DNA from: Candidatus Nanoarchaeia archaeon
GTDB taxonomy: Archaea > Nanobdellota > Nanobdellia > Woesearchaeales > SKIA01
NCBI GenBank assembly: GCA_028279685.1
Contig: JANQNG010000002.1
Location: 76,144-140,143 of the forward strand
Reading direction: 5' to 3'
Length of the DNA stretch: 64,000 nt
Shown: one piece after another, positions 8,441-17,210 of the stretch
Layout of the letters: each line of letters opens with the position of its first letter
Numbering within the stretch: position 1 is the first letter of the stretch
The notes under the pieces: generated by a model
What the model saw: only the letters and a program-made list of their open reading frames with translations
Told to the model about the DNA's origin: nothing
The model's database searches: none
Made by a program: the position numbers and the translations under genes

Positions 8441-8988
8441 TCTACAAACAGACTATGTTTCTCGTTGCCGTCGAGCTCTTTCATGATGCGCTTGAAAATT
8501 GCTTTCTCAGGATCGGGAAGCAATTTAACACGTTTTTTCAAATTATCAAAACTCAGGAAAGGATCTCCTCTTCTCTCTTCTATAATCTCCCACATATGCT
8601 TCTTTCCCAATCCAGGCAGAAGTTCTAATGAATGCATTCTTGTACTGAGAGGTTGTGCATTGTTGAAGAAGTCGATATAGATCTTCTCATTCTTTTTAAT
8701 AATATCCATGATCACATGCTTCAGTTCACTTTTTGCCGTTGCGGTAAGCTTATGCATCTCAAGTTTACCGTTGATATGATGAATCTCATCTCTCTTCCCT
8801 TCCCCAATATAGACGTTCTGGTTGAGGTTAAGATAGACATCTTTCTTTGGAACAAGTTCCAGTAAAGAGAATCGTAGTGTGCCGACCGCTTGCGCAAGAG
8901 GAGTTTTTTTATAGTCAGGCCTATTATCAGCAGAATAGCCGTTTGGCAAGAAATCTAAGATTATTGCATGCTCTTCCTTGGACTCCAT
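8437..8988 (-). CDS. DUF655 putative RNA-binding protein
   Basis: ILDFLPNG, FSLLEL, RMHSLELLPGLGKK; conserved archaeal rpl21e-rpoF-DUF655 order. Confidence 0.9.
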   Translation of the reverse strand: MESKEEHAIILDFLPNGYSADNRPDYKKTPLAQAVGTLRFSLLELVPKKDVYLNLNQNVYIGEGKRDEIHHINGKLEMHKLTATAKSELKHVIMDIIKKNEKIYIDFFNNAQPLSTRMHSLELLPGLGKKHMWEIIEERRGDPFLSFDNLKKRVKLLPDPEKAIFKRIMKELDGNEKHSLFVD

Positions 8989-9043
8989 CGCGCGACCCCC
9001 TCATATCTCTCTTGAACCCTCGTGTTTATAAATTTTTCCAGAA

Positions 9044-9388
9044 TTAGAGGTATTTCTTAAAAACCTCAAAGAGCTTAGCAAGGTTATCTTTGCTTAATGT
9101 CAGATTGAAAGCACCCAGAATAAATTTCATCTCTTGCTCGGTAGAAGGCATCATATCAATGATTTTAACAATATGAATATCTTTGATTCGTGGAAGATCC
9201 AAGCCAGCAATATCTTTCTTCAATGCTTTGATATCTTTCAGTTTCAGCGTGGAGAATTTGTTGAGGTAGTCTTCTGTTCTCGCTGCCCTGAAGTTGAGTT
9301 CACCATCTCTCTTTTTAATTTTAGAAAGTTCGTTCTTCAGCTCACTCAATGAGATTGCCTCTTCCTCGACTATAGTTATATCAGTCAT
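9044..9388 (-). CDS. rpo4: RNA polymerase subunit Rpo4 (RpoF)
   Basis: ELNFRAARTEDYLNKF, KIIDMMP; synteny. Confidence 0.85.
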   Translation of the reverse strand: MTDITIVEEEAISLSELKNELSKIKKRDGELNFRAARTEDYLNKFSTLKLKDIKALKKDIAGLDLPRIKDIHIVKIIDMMPSTEQEMKFILGAFNLTLSKDNLAKLFEVFKKYL

Positions 9389-9678
9389 GCTGATCCCCTC
9401 AAATGAATAGGATGGACAATAAGCGTTTTTGGTTTATTCTTGTCCTTAATGGCTACCTTGTAGCAGTTGCCACATCTGCTTAGCACTTTTCCTGCAAGGC
9501 CATTAAATCGTGGATGGTACATCCCTTTTTGATAGGCAGGTTCTGCATGAAGAACTACAGAGTCTCCACTCTTGAAGACCTGGAGAAATCTCCTTAAGCT
9601 AATCTTGCCCTTTGTCCGTGGGTGTTTCTGAAGCTTGAACCGTGTTTTTCTCCTGAATCCACCTATACGCTGTACCAT
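9385..9678 (-). CDS. rpl21e: 50S ribosomal protein L21e
   Basis: GFRRKTR, GMYHPRFNG, KTLIVHPIHL. Confidence 0.95.
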   Translation of the reverse strand: MVQRIGGFRRKTRFKLQKHPRTKGKISLRRFLQVFKSGDSVVLHAEPAYQKGMYHPRFNGLAGKVLSRCGNCYKVAIKDKNKPKTLIVHPIHLRGSA

Positions 9679-9807
9679 TCGCTGCAGGAACAGAATTCCA
9701 TTTATAAATGTTTGGATGGGATACTACTTATTATTCATCAGAAGCAAAATCCAAGTATTTTTGTTGTCTTTTATAAGTAGTTACAAAATAGAAAACTTTA
9801 TAAAGAG

Positions 9808-10380
9808 ATGAAGGTAACTCATTCTACGATGTATTACTCAAAAGCAAATAAGGAATTATCACAAGAACAAGCTATTGAAAACCTGAAAGCAGTGCTTGGC
9901 TCTGCTTATTTTGGCAATTATGACCTCTATGTTGGAGGAAGCAATATACAATCAGATGTTATGAACGTTGATATCTTTGGTTTTCGAAGAGATTCCTTTG
10001 AACCATTCAAAGTGAAAGAAGTTGTGGATGTCGCGAATAATTTACTAGACCAAGCCAACACTAAAGGATCGATAGAACGTGCAATTTTTCAAGTAAGTCC
10101 ATCAGAAGAAAAGAGGAAGTCTATGCATTTTGCAGACATAATTTACGATGAAGATGGATTTATGCCCCTATCATTTGTTGTAGAGAGAACTGATATTAAT
10201 TCAAAAACATACAAATTTGGTGTTTTTCAACAAGATTATAAAGACTCATTTCTTCGCGAACTTGAACAAGAAGGTTGTCTTAAAGATACAAAACAAAAAA
10301 TAGCAATATGGCGAAGAGAAATAACAAGAAATCTAAATAATATCTTACTTCATCCAATTCATGATCAATATCAATATTAG
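9808..10380 (+). CDS. Hypothetical protein
   Basis: 190-aa ORF with TTTATAAA box upstream; no motif recognised. Confidence 0.6.
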   Translation: MKVTHSTMYYSKANKELSQEQAIENLKAVLGSAYFGNYDLYVGGSNIQSDVMNVDIFGFRRDSFEPFKVKEVVDVANNLLDQANTKGSIERAIFQVSPSEEKRKSMHFADIIYDEDGFMPLSFVVERTDINSKTYKFGVFQQDYKDSFLRELEQEGCLKDTKQKIAIWRREITRNLNNILLHPIHDQYQY

Positions 10381-10400
10381 CTTTTTCCCTTGCACATTAT

Positions 10401-10595
10401 TTAATGTTCTTCCCAGAATTGTTCAGGATGAGGATCATCTGCCACCCAGAACTGATTTTCTGCTTTCTTAAAGGTTATTGGATCCATCGAACTAATCTCA
10501 AATTCAGTAGAACATTCAGGACAGAATGCAAGATCCCCTATATCAGTACGTGAAGAAAGTACTATTTCCGTTCCGCATAAGGGGCATCCTGCCAT
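10401..10595 (-). CDS. LysW/ArgW-like zinc-ribbon protein with non-canonical C-terminus
   Basis: CPLCG...GDLAFCPECSTEFEISSMDP resembles LysW; ends EQFWEEH rather than EDWGE. Confidence 0.65.
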   Translation of the reverse strand: MAGCPLCGTEIVLSSRTDIGDLAFCPECSTEFEISSMDPITFKKAENQFWVADDPHPEQFWEEH

Positions 10596-10671
10596 TGTTC
10601 AAGCCTCCAATAAGAGAAAAGCTTAAATACTATATTAACTTAATGTTATTATAATAACAAAGAGATAGCCT

Positions 10672-11331
10672 ATGGTAACCGTCAGCCAAATCGTAAAAAA
10701 AATTATTGCAGAGCGTTCCATGCTTCAAGAAGCGCTTATCGAAGGCATCGTAAGTTTCGCCAATCTCGCAGAATATCTTGAACCGAGAATTGAAAATGAA
10801 CTTGGGGAAAAAGTAAAAACACCTGCTATTGTGATGGCACTGAGAAGACACGCAGAACAGCTCCAGGAAAAAACAACTCCACCAAAACCACTTGATCTCA
10901 CTTCAGAAATTGTGATGAAAACGAATCTCTGCGATGTAACTATTGTCAAAACACTTTCCGCACTCGACAAACTCAAACAACTGCATAAACTTGTTGATTA
11001 TGAAAAAGGAGAACAACTCAATATTATTCAAGGAAATTATGAAATAACAATAGTAATCTCTCAAAAATATTTGGAAAAGCTAAAGAAGCTATTGAAAGGA
11101 GAAAAGATACTTAATGAAGAGATACAATTAGTTTCACTAACAATAACATTGACAAAAGAATTTCTTTACACCCCAGGAATATTATCTATGCTGACAAGAA
11201 AATTAGCTTGGGAAAATATCAATATCTTCGAGAATATTTCAACGATGACTGAAGTGATTTACATCATTGCAGAAAAAGATGCCATGCGAGCATACAATAC
11301 CTTCAAGGAAATACTCAAGACAGCTGACTGA
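10672..11331 (+). CDS. ACT-domain regulatory protein (aspartokinase regulatory domain-like)
   Basis: GIVSFANLA...AIVMALRR N-terminus and TPGILSMLTRKLAWENINIFENIST ACT domain. Confidence 0.8.
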   Translation: MVTVSQIVKKIIAERSMLQEALIEGIVSFANLAEYLEPRIENELGEKVKTPAIVMALRRHAEQLQEKTTPPKPLDLTSEIVMKTNLCDVTIVKTLSALDKLKQLHKLVDYEKGEQLNIIQGNYEITIVISQKYLEKLKKLLKGEKILNEEIQLVSLTITLTKEFLYTPGILSMLTRKLAWENINIFENISTMTEVIYIIAEKDAMRAYNTFKEILKTAD

Positions 11332-13384
11332 CATGCTCTTCTTTTGTGATCCTAAGAACATGATCCGCCATTGATTCTAGTTTTGATTCATGACTTACCA
11401 CAATACATTGATTAATGTGTAGATTATCGAAAACATCCTTAAGTTTATCTAATTGTTCTGAAGAAAAACCATCAGTAGGCTCATCGAGAATAATAATATC
11501 TTTTGTTGTGATATGACTGACAAAATCATTAATCACTTTATTCAATGCAAGCCGATACGCTAACGCCAATGAAGTTTTTTCTCCTCCCGACATGCTTTTC
11601 GCTTCAATATCATAACCGTTCTGAATTACTTCTGGAGAAAATTGTTCATCAATACTTGCGTTGATTGCGTCATCCTCTATGAGATTATCAAACAATTCAA
11701 TGAAAGCATCATTAAACTGTTGCTGAAGAGAAGCCATCACACGCTTCTCCATCACAAGAAATACTTTATCAAGATACTGAGTTAGCCAGTCATGGAGCGC
11801 TTTCATCCTGTCTCTTTTTTTCCTTATTTCTTCCAATTCATTAATCTTGCTCTCAGCTTCTGTCTTTCTTTTTTCTTCGGCATTCTTCGTCGCCATAAGA
11901 CGCGCCTCCTCAACAGAACATGTCTGTAGTGATGCTTGTAGCGTATCAATAAGTGCCTTCTGTTTCTCGTAGTTTTTCTCTGTATGCTTGAATCCTGCAA
12001 GCTCTTTTTTTGTCTGTTGAAGTTGCTCTTCTGTCGCTTTTTTTCTATCTGCCGCATCCTTCATTTCTTGTTCAATACCTTCAATTAACTGCTTCTTTTC
12101 ATTAAATTGTTTCTTGTTCATAGAAAATATTTTCTTCTCTTCAATTCGTCCATGTATCTTTTTGATATTGTTCTTGAGTATCTCTATATTGCTCTTTGTT
12201 GTTTGAAGTTGATTATTGATCTCAGGAATTTTCTCTTTTTGTTGCTCTATAAGATCATCTGCCTTTTTGTTAATATGATGTTTGTGCTTTTCATCCACTT
12301 TCTGAAGGCAAACAGGACATTGTTCAAGAGTATCCATATTAGTCTTAATATCTTGCTGTTCATCTATCTTTGAACTAATTCTTGCCTTCTGTTCTGATAT
12401 AGTAACAAGTTTTTCCTCTTGTCTTGCAAGTTTTTCCTGCTGTTGCTCAAGAAGCTTATCATAATCACGATCAAGCACTTTTGTCGTGCTAATCTCTTCC
12501 TCAAGATGTTTCAGATCTTCTTGAAGATAAGCTTTCTGCTCCTTTTTTTTCTCGATAGTCGCGTCAATATCCTCAACTCTATCAGAGAGCATAGTTATTG
12601 TGTTTTTGCAAGTTATTGCTTTCTGTCTCTCGTCGTCAAGTGATTCAAGCACTGACTTTGCTTTCTGCACTTCTTTTTCCGCTTTTTCTTTTTTTGGCAT
12701 TAGCACATCAAGGCCTTTCTTTATTTTCGAAAGTATCTTTTTCGTTTCTTCAAGAACATTTTTTACTAAGCGTTCGTCATCGAATTTCGAAGAGAGGAGT
12801 TTCATAGTTATTCGCATCTCTTTCGTATAAAGTGCAAGATTTTCTCTGCAGGTTTTGTATTTATCAATGCCAAACACTGAACGTAACGTGTTCAAACGCT
12901 CATCAGGATTCTCGAAAAGGATATGCTTCATCTCCTCTTGTGGAGTATACACTGTGTATCGATAGATTAATGATTTCGATTTTGTAACGAGCTCTTCAGG
13001 ATAGCCAAGAATAGTGAGTATTTTTGACTTAAGTTCTATTGCAGTAAGGTCTTGTTTGACGTCATCTTTGATCAGATATCCTGCAGCTTGCGTGATACCA
13101 TTCGTTGTTCTTTTGAGTTTTCTGCCAATGATATACTTGTGTTTTCTAATAGAGAATGAGAGCTCAACCTCTCCTTCTTTGCATCCTGTTCGTAACAAGC
13201 TGCTTGCTGAGACTGAACCTCGAATAACTCCGAACAAAGCAAACTCAATCGCTAAAAGAATCGATGTTTTTCCACAGCCAATATCTCCTGAGAGTAATGT
13301 CGTGCCTTCTTGAAATGAGACAGAAGACTCTTCGTATGATCGTATATTCCTTAGCTTGAGGGAATCGATATGCATAGTAATCAA
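11315..13384 (-). CDS. rad50: Rad50/SbcC SMC-like ATPase
   Basis: Walker A GDIGCGKT, coiled coils, zinc hook CPVC, signature MSGGE, Walker B LDEPT. Confidence 0.88.
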   Translation of the reverse strand: MITMHIDSLKLRNIRSYEESSVSFQEGTTLLSGDIGCGKTSILLAIEFALFGVIRGSVSASSLLRTGCKEGEVELSFSIRKHKYIIGRKLKRTTNGITQAAGYLIKDDVKQDLTAIELKSKILTILGYPEELVTKSKSLIYRYTVYTPQEEMKHILFENPDERLNTLRSVFGIDKYKTCRENLALYTKEMRITMKLLSSKFDDERLVKNVLEETKKILSKIKKGLDVLMPKKEKAEKEVQKAKSVLESLDDERQKAITCKNTITMLSDRVEDIDATIEKKKEQKAYLQEDLKHLEEEISTTKVLDRDYDKLLEQQQEKLARQEEKLVTISEQKARISSKIDEQQDIKTNMDTLEQCPVCLQKVDEKHKHHINKKADDLIEQQKEKIPEINNQLQTTKSNIEILKNNIKKIHGRIEEKKIFSMNKKQFNEKKQLIEGIEQEMKDAADRKKATEEQLQQTKKELAGFKHTEKNYEKQKALIDTLQASLQTCSVEEARLMATKNAEEKRKTEAESKINELEEIRKKRDRMKALHDWLTQYLDKVFLVMEKRVMASLQQQFNDAFIELFDNLIEDDAINASIDEQFSPEVIQNGYDIEAKSMSGGEKTSLALAYRLALNKVINDFVSHITTKDIIILDEPTDGFSSEQLDKLKDVFDNLHINQCIVVSHESKLESMADHVLRITKEEHVSQLS

Positions 13385-13451
13385 ACCACTGATTATTTTA
13401 TATGATTTGTGGGACTATGTCCAGTGAATAATTTATAAGTAAAAACAATAA

Positions 13452-14342
13452 TCAGTTGCTCATATACCCTGAGCTTTTCCCAATAAGCTCCTCGAGAGGC
13501 GTAGGATCAAAGCGATCGACAAGATACAGCTTTTTATCATGAACTCCGACAACCAAAGGGTCTGCATTTCTGATTTCAGATTGCTTCATCTCTCTAATTG
13601 TCCATTCATCCTCTTTAATTTCAGCTATAATGTAAACTTGTTTCTTAAACTGTTCTCTTGCTTCTTTTATTCTTTCTTTTGTGCTATCAGGAATAAAACA
13701 GTTCAATCGGGTATTAATTGAATAAGGACCACGGTATTTCCCCGTAAAGTGGTCATATAATTCTCTCTTCTCTTCAGATAAAGAAGCGAAAGCTTCCCCA
13801 TAAATTTTTGATTCGCTCTTGAATCCCATTATTCTTGCGGCGGGAGCAAGAAAAAGAGAAGGTAATGCGTTACGACTGTCCCTTAGACCTGTTTGACTTT
13901 TTATTCCCGAGTAAATGTCTATTCCGTAAGAATATTCACGATAAGGTTTTGCTCCAAATATTTTTGAAAACCAGCTTGGCTCTATAGGCTCATCCTTTTC
14001 ACACACTATGTAAATACCAAACTTATCATAATCTCTTAAGCTAAAGTCGGTAGTGAATACTCCAAATGCTGGAACTTCAATTGTTCTACCTTCAAGCGTT
14101 ATCTCTCTTTTTAGATCCAAGAAATCTGCAGATAATAGAGCATATTGCGCATTGATAATATCTACCTTGCATTGATTGATCTCTCTTTGCAACATTCCAC
14201 GCTCATGATCTAATGTTCCTTTCTTGTCTCTTTGAGAACGAAGAGAATTAAGCTTCTTATTGAGTTTTTGCTCTAATGATTCATCTCGTTCACTCTTAAC
14301 AAATTCAGTTAAATCAGTACTACCAACGATAAGTTGTTCCAC
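13452..14342 (-). CDS. Hypothetical protein with N-terminal coiled coil
   Basis: 296-aa ORF, SD GGAGGGG before GTG; C-terminal DPLVVG...LYLVDRFDPTPLE. Confidence 0.7.
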   Translation of the reverse strand: MEQLIVGSTDLTEFVKSERDESLEQKLNKKLNSLRSQRDKKGTLDHERGMLQREINQCKVDIINAQYALLSADFLDLKREITLEGRTIEVPAFGVFTTDFSLRDYDKFGIYIVCEKDEPIEPSWFSKIFGAKPYREYSYGIDIYSGIKSQTGLRDSRNALPSLFLAPAARIMGFKSESKIYGEAFASLSEEKRELYDHFTGKYRGPYSINTRLNCFIPDSTKERIKEAREQFKKQVYIIAEIKEDEWTIREMKQSEIRNADPLVVGVHDKKLYLVDRFDPTPLEELIGKSSGYMSN

Positions 14343-14469
14343 TATTATCCCCTCCTGAATAGTAATTGTGAAACGTTGATAATAATGGAAATATATAAAT
14401 CTTCCTTCTCTTGGCCAATCCTTGTGGAAGAGTAACTTTAAAAAGCAAATAAGGCTCTTCTTAATCTAC

Positions 14470-14580
14470 AGCCCTGTAGTGTAGTGGCCAATCATTCTAG
14501 CCTTTGGAGCCGGAGCGAAGCTAGGCGGCTTTGCTTCGCAAAGACAGCTGGAGACCGCGGTTCGAATCCGCGCGGGGCTA
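14470..14580 (+). tRNA. tRNA-Gln(UUG) with a 38-nt intron at 37/38 (14508-14545)
   Basis: Acceptor AGCCCTG/CGGGGCT, anticodon stem CTAGC/GCTGG, TTG at 14504-14506, T-arm CGCGG-TTCGAAT-CCGCG; BHB helix CTTT/AAAG with GGA and ACA bulges. Confidence 0.92.
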
Positions 14581-14697
14581 TTCTAAACCATAGGTTGAGA
14601 AATCCCCAAAGGGATTCGAACCTGCGGTTCGTGCACAAAGTCTACAACTTTGTGTGCTCGGAAAGCTACACTTTCCTCCGCAATCCGCGCAGGGCTA
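14581..14697 (+). repeat. tRNA-appended element 1: antisense T-arm plus duplicated tRNA 3' end split by a 50-nt twin hairpin
   Basis: GGATTCGAACC 14612-14622; GCGGTTCG 14624-14631; insert 14632-14681; AATCCGCGCAGGGCTA 14682-14697. Confidence 0.8.
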
Positions 14698-14743
14698 CTT
14701 TTCTGTAAAAAAGTTAAAGAGACTACAGTTCGTGCTCAGAATT

Positions 14744-14995
14744 CTATTCTTTTTTCTTGACAGGATCATAGCCTCCTTTGTTAAAAGGATTACACCGCAT
14801 TATCCTGTTGAAGCCCATCACACTTCCTTTGATCAAGCCATATTCTTCTATTGCTTGTAACGTATATTCAGAACAAGAAGGTTCAAATTTGCACATATGA
14901 ATGCCTAAAAAATTATAAACAGGATAGGTGGCTTTCCTGTATGCTTTGATACATCCGACACCTACCCTTCTTGGTAAAGTATTTTCAAGAGACAT
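14744..14995 (-). CDS. yidD: Membrane protein insertion efficiency factor YidD
   Basis: [32 protein letters not shown]. Confidence 0.9.
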   Translation of the reverse strand: MSLENTLPRRVGVGCIKAYRKATYPVYNFLGIHMCKFEPSCSEYTLQAIEEYGLIKGSVMGFNRIMRCNPFNKGGYDPVKKKE

Positions 14996-14998
14996 TGT

Positions 14999-15316
14999 TT
15001 AGTCTTTTCTCTTTTTCACATACTCAGCAAGAGAAGAGTATGCAGGCTTAACCTCATTCCACTCTTGACCAGGCATCTTTGTTACTTCGAGCTCTTTGAA
15101 AAAATTATCTGTCTCTGTATAATCAAGGTTACCGTCCTTATCAGTATCTGCTAAGCGTACTGCTTGGTAATACTTATCTTCATAGTTCACATGTTTCTTA
15201 ATCATATTCCAACCAAGAGTTCCCAGTCCAGCATAAATACCAACAGTAATTCCGATTGTTGTAAGAACACAACCACCACCAATTCCTAAAATTTGCCATA
15301 ACTTCATTTCAATCAC
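14999..15316 (-). CDS. Membrane-anchored protein with an EF-hand-like loop
   Basis: N-terminal TM; DTDKDGNLDYTE fits DxDxDGx(I/L)xxxE. Confidence 0.65.
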   Translation of the reverse strand: MIEMKLWQILGIGGGCVLTTIGITVGIYAGLGTLGWNMIKKHVNYEDKYYQAVRLADTDKDGNLDYTETDNFFKELEVTKMPGQEWNEVKPAYSSLAEYVKKRKD

Positions 15317-15642
15317 CTTTGGTTATACTGATCCGTAAATTCAACAAGTGTTCTGTACGGAATTTTGATATCAGGTTTCTTCCCCTCGATCATCGGAATA
15401 TCGAGTCTGCGATACATTTCTGCCGTTTCATACGTATCAAGCGTACCATCTTGATTCTCGTCCATTATAGTTTGGACTGTCTGCATTTTCTCATCATAGT
15501 CCCACGTGGACTTGATCTTATACCACGCACCTTTCAGGCCACCTAGTGCTAAAGTACCAACAATAACTGTTCCAATTACTAAAGCGCCAAGACACCCACC
15601 ACAACTGCAGCTTGAACTGCTACTACTATCATTATCTGACAT
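15313..15642 (-). CDS. Membrane-anchored protein with an EF-hand-like loop, paralog of the neighbour
   Basis: Ser/Cys-rich start, TM, DENQDGTLDTYE; shared YxxK, Y..L.E(Y/F) pattern. Confidence 0.65.
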   Translation of the reverse strand: MSDNDSSSSSSCSCGGCLGALVIGTVIVGTLALGGLKGAWYKIKSTWDYDEKMQTVQTIMDENQDGTLDTYETAEMYRRLDIPMIEGKKPDIKIPYRTLVEFTDQYNQR

Positions 15643-15786
15643 TATTATACCCCCTAATTACTGTGTGGCTTGAAAATCATTCATCGTATATAAAGCTTTT
15701 TAATTTTTCCACTCAGGAGTGCTCACAAATAAAATTAGTGCTCTCGAATATATTTATAAATTGTCTATTTCTCCACTACACTACGC

Positions 15787-15888
15787 AGTCCCGTAGTGTA
15801 GTGGCCAATTCACGAGAGGCTAGTCATCTCGGACTCTGGTAACATTTGGAGATATCCGAGGACCGCGGTTCGAATCCGCGCGGGACTA
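15787..15888 (+). tRNA. tRNA-Gln(CUG) with two introns: 15 nt in the D-loop (15809-15823) and 14 nt at 37/38 (15840-15853)
   Basis: Acceptor AGTCCCG/CGGGACT; removing TTCACGAGAGGCTAG restores GTGTAGTGGCCAATCAT identical to tRNA-Gln(UUG); anticodon stem TCGGA/TCCGA, CTG at 15836-15838. Confidence 0.88.
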
Positions 15889-16008
15889 TTCTAAACTCAA
15901 AGCTAGAATGTCCCATAAAGAATTCGAACCTGCGGTTCGTGCTCAGAAATTGTAAATTTCTGGCACCCCAAAGCTGCAAAGCAGTTTTGATGGAACCTCG
16001 CGAGGCTA
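15889..16008 (+). repeat. tRNA-appended element 2 (degenerate 3' copy)
   Basis: ATTCGAACC 15922-15930; GCGGTTCG 15932-15939; twin-hairpin insert 15940-15993; AACCTCGCGAGGCTA 15994-16008. Confidence 0.72.
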
Positions 16009-16482
16009 TTTTCCCAAAATAGTCCCTTCTCCAGCTTTATCATAAATTTTTAGCTTGTCTATGTAAAACTTGGATTGATCAAAATCCTCAATTTCAACAG
16101 AATAATTCCAATTATCATAAAATAAAACAATAGCTGATTTTGTCAAAAATCCTAAAGATTTAGCTTCACTAAAAATATCAACAATGTTTTTTGTTATTTT
16201 CAGCTTATAATGGATTTTCTTTCGATAAACATTTTTTGTCTTAATTTCATAAAGTATTATCTCTTTCTTTTTATTAGTGAAAGATATCTCAATAGAATCT
16301 ATAGAATTCCAATATTTAGCTATAAATTTACATTGCTCAAAAGAAAGATACTTTTCAAAAATAGAGAAATATTTATTCTTGTTCCAAAACTTCAGTAAAA
16401 CTGCCCATTTCCTAGTAAGCTTAAACATACACTCTCCAGCATATCCTTTATAACTACCATTTAATGATCTTAAATCATACAT
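16006..16482 (-). CDS. Putative PD-(D/E)xK (restriction-fold) nuclease
   Basis: KGYAGE...SIDSIE...LYEIKTK fits E...D...ExK; basic and very AT-rich. Confidence 0.55.
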   Translation of the reverse strand: MYDLRSLNGSYKGYAGECMFKLTRKWAVLLKFWNKNKYFSIFEKYLSFEQCKFIAKYWNSIDSIEISFTNKKKEIILYEIKTKNVYRKKIHYKLKITKNIVDIFSEAKSLGFLTKSAIVLFYDNWNYSVEIEDFDQSKFYIDKLKIYDKAGEGTILGK

Positions 16483-16574
16483 ATTTTTCTTTTTTCACTA
16501 TCTTATATTATGCTTTCTTATTATTTTCCGGAGATATCACGAATGTTTTTATAGATACATATCTTTTAAGAAAG

Positions 16575-17210
16575 CTATCTCAATATTTCATCCAACTGTT
16601 TCTTGATTTCTTGTTTACCTTCAGATGTTCTGATATCAATATCACCATAAGGTACTTTCACTAAAGGCACACCGAATTCATCCTCGCAGAATTCAGGAAA
16701 GTCATGATATCTATTGCCTAGTCCCCTAAGAAAACTTTCAGGAATCTCCTTCTCTTCAGTACGTGCTCTGATTTCTTTAATACGTCTCATTAATACATCA
16801 ATATTATTATTCTCAAGATAAATAATGTGATCTGGTTGAATAAGATGCTCATTAACAAGCTGAAACATCATGGAATAATCATGGTATTCATTGAGGCTCA
16901 TCTTTCCTATAGTATGCAAATATCTTGCAAAGATTGCAGGATCTTCAATCAATGATCTATCTTGCACGCAGTTGACTTCTTCTTTCCTGACGGCAATCTC
17001 TATTGATTTCAAATGCGATGCACGCCTATAAAGAAAATGCATCTGCAAAGTATACGCCCAACGTTTCATATCCTTATAATATGATTCGAGAAAAGGATTA
17101 TCAATAACAGGTTCTTCAAACAATCTATAACCATATTCCTCGTGAATAAATCTAGCAAATGTAGATTTTCCAACACCTATATTCCCTGCAATTGTCACAA
17201 ATTTAGCCAT
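16575..17210 (-). CDS. Deoxynucleoside kinase (dNK family)
   Basis: AGNIGVGKST, FEEPV..NPFL, QDRS, lid RAR. Confidence 0.92.
   Translation of the reverse strand: MAKFVTIAGNIGVGKSTFARFIHEEYGYRLFEEPVIDNPFLESYYKDMKRWAYTLQMHFLYRRASHLKSIEIAVRKEEVNCVQDRSLIEDPAIFARYLHTIGKMSLNEYHDYSMMFQLVNEHLIQPDHIIYLENNNIDVLMRRIKEIRARTEEKEIPESFLRGLGNRYHDFPEFCEDEFGVPLVKVPYGDIDIRTSEGKQEIKKQLDEILR

Noticed and set aside
11315..13384. Rad50 without adjacent mre11 as a novel defence SMC
   Set aside because: All canonical Rad50 motifs are present and no defence partners are adjacent; mre11 may lie elsewhere
14484..14860. ORFs overlapping tRNA genes (also 15612-15842, 59116-59307, 59322-59534)
   Set aside because: Shadow frames across tRNA genes and their appendices
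14581..16008. tRNA 3'-end duplications as attL/attR of an integrated virus or island
   Set aside because: Repeats are only about 95-120 bp apart, no integrase is in the window, and the inverted T-arm copy is not expected from simple integration
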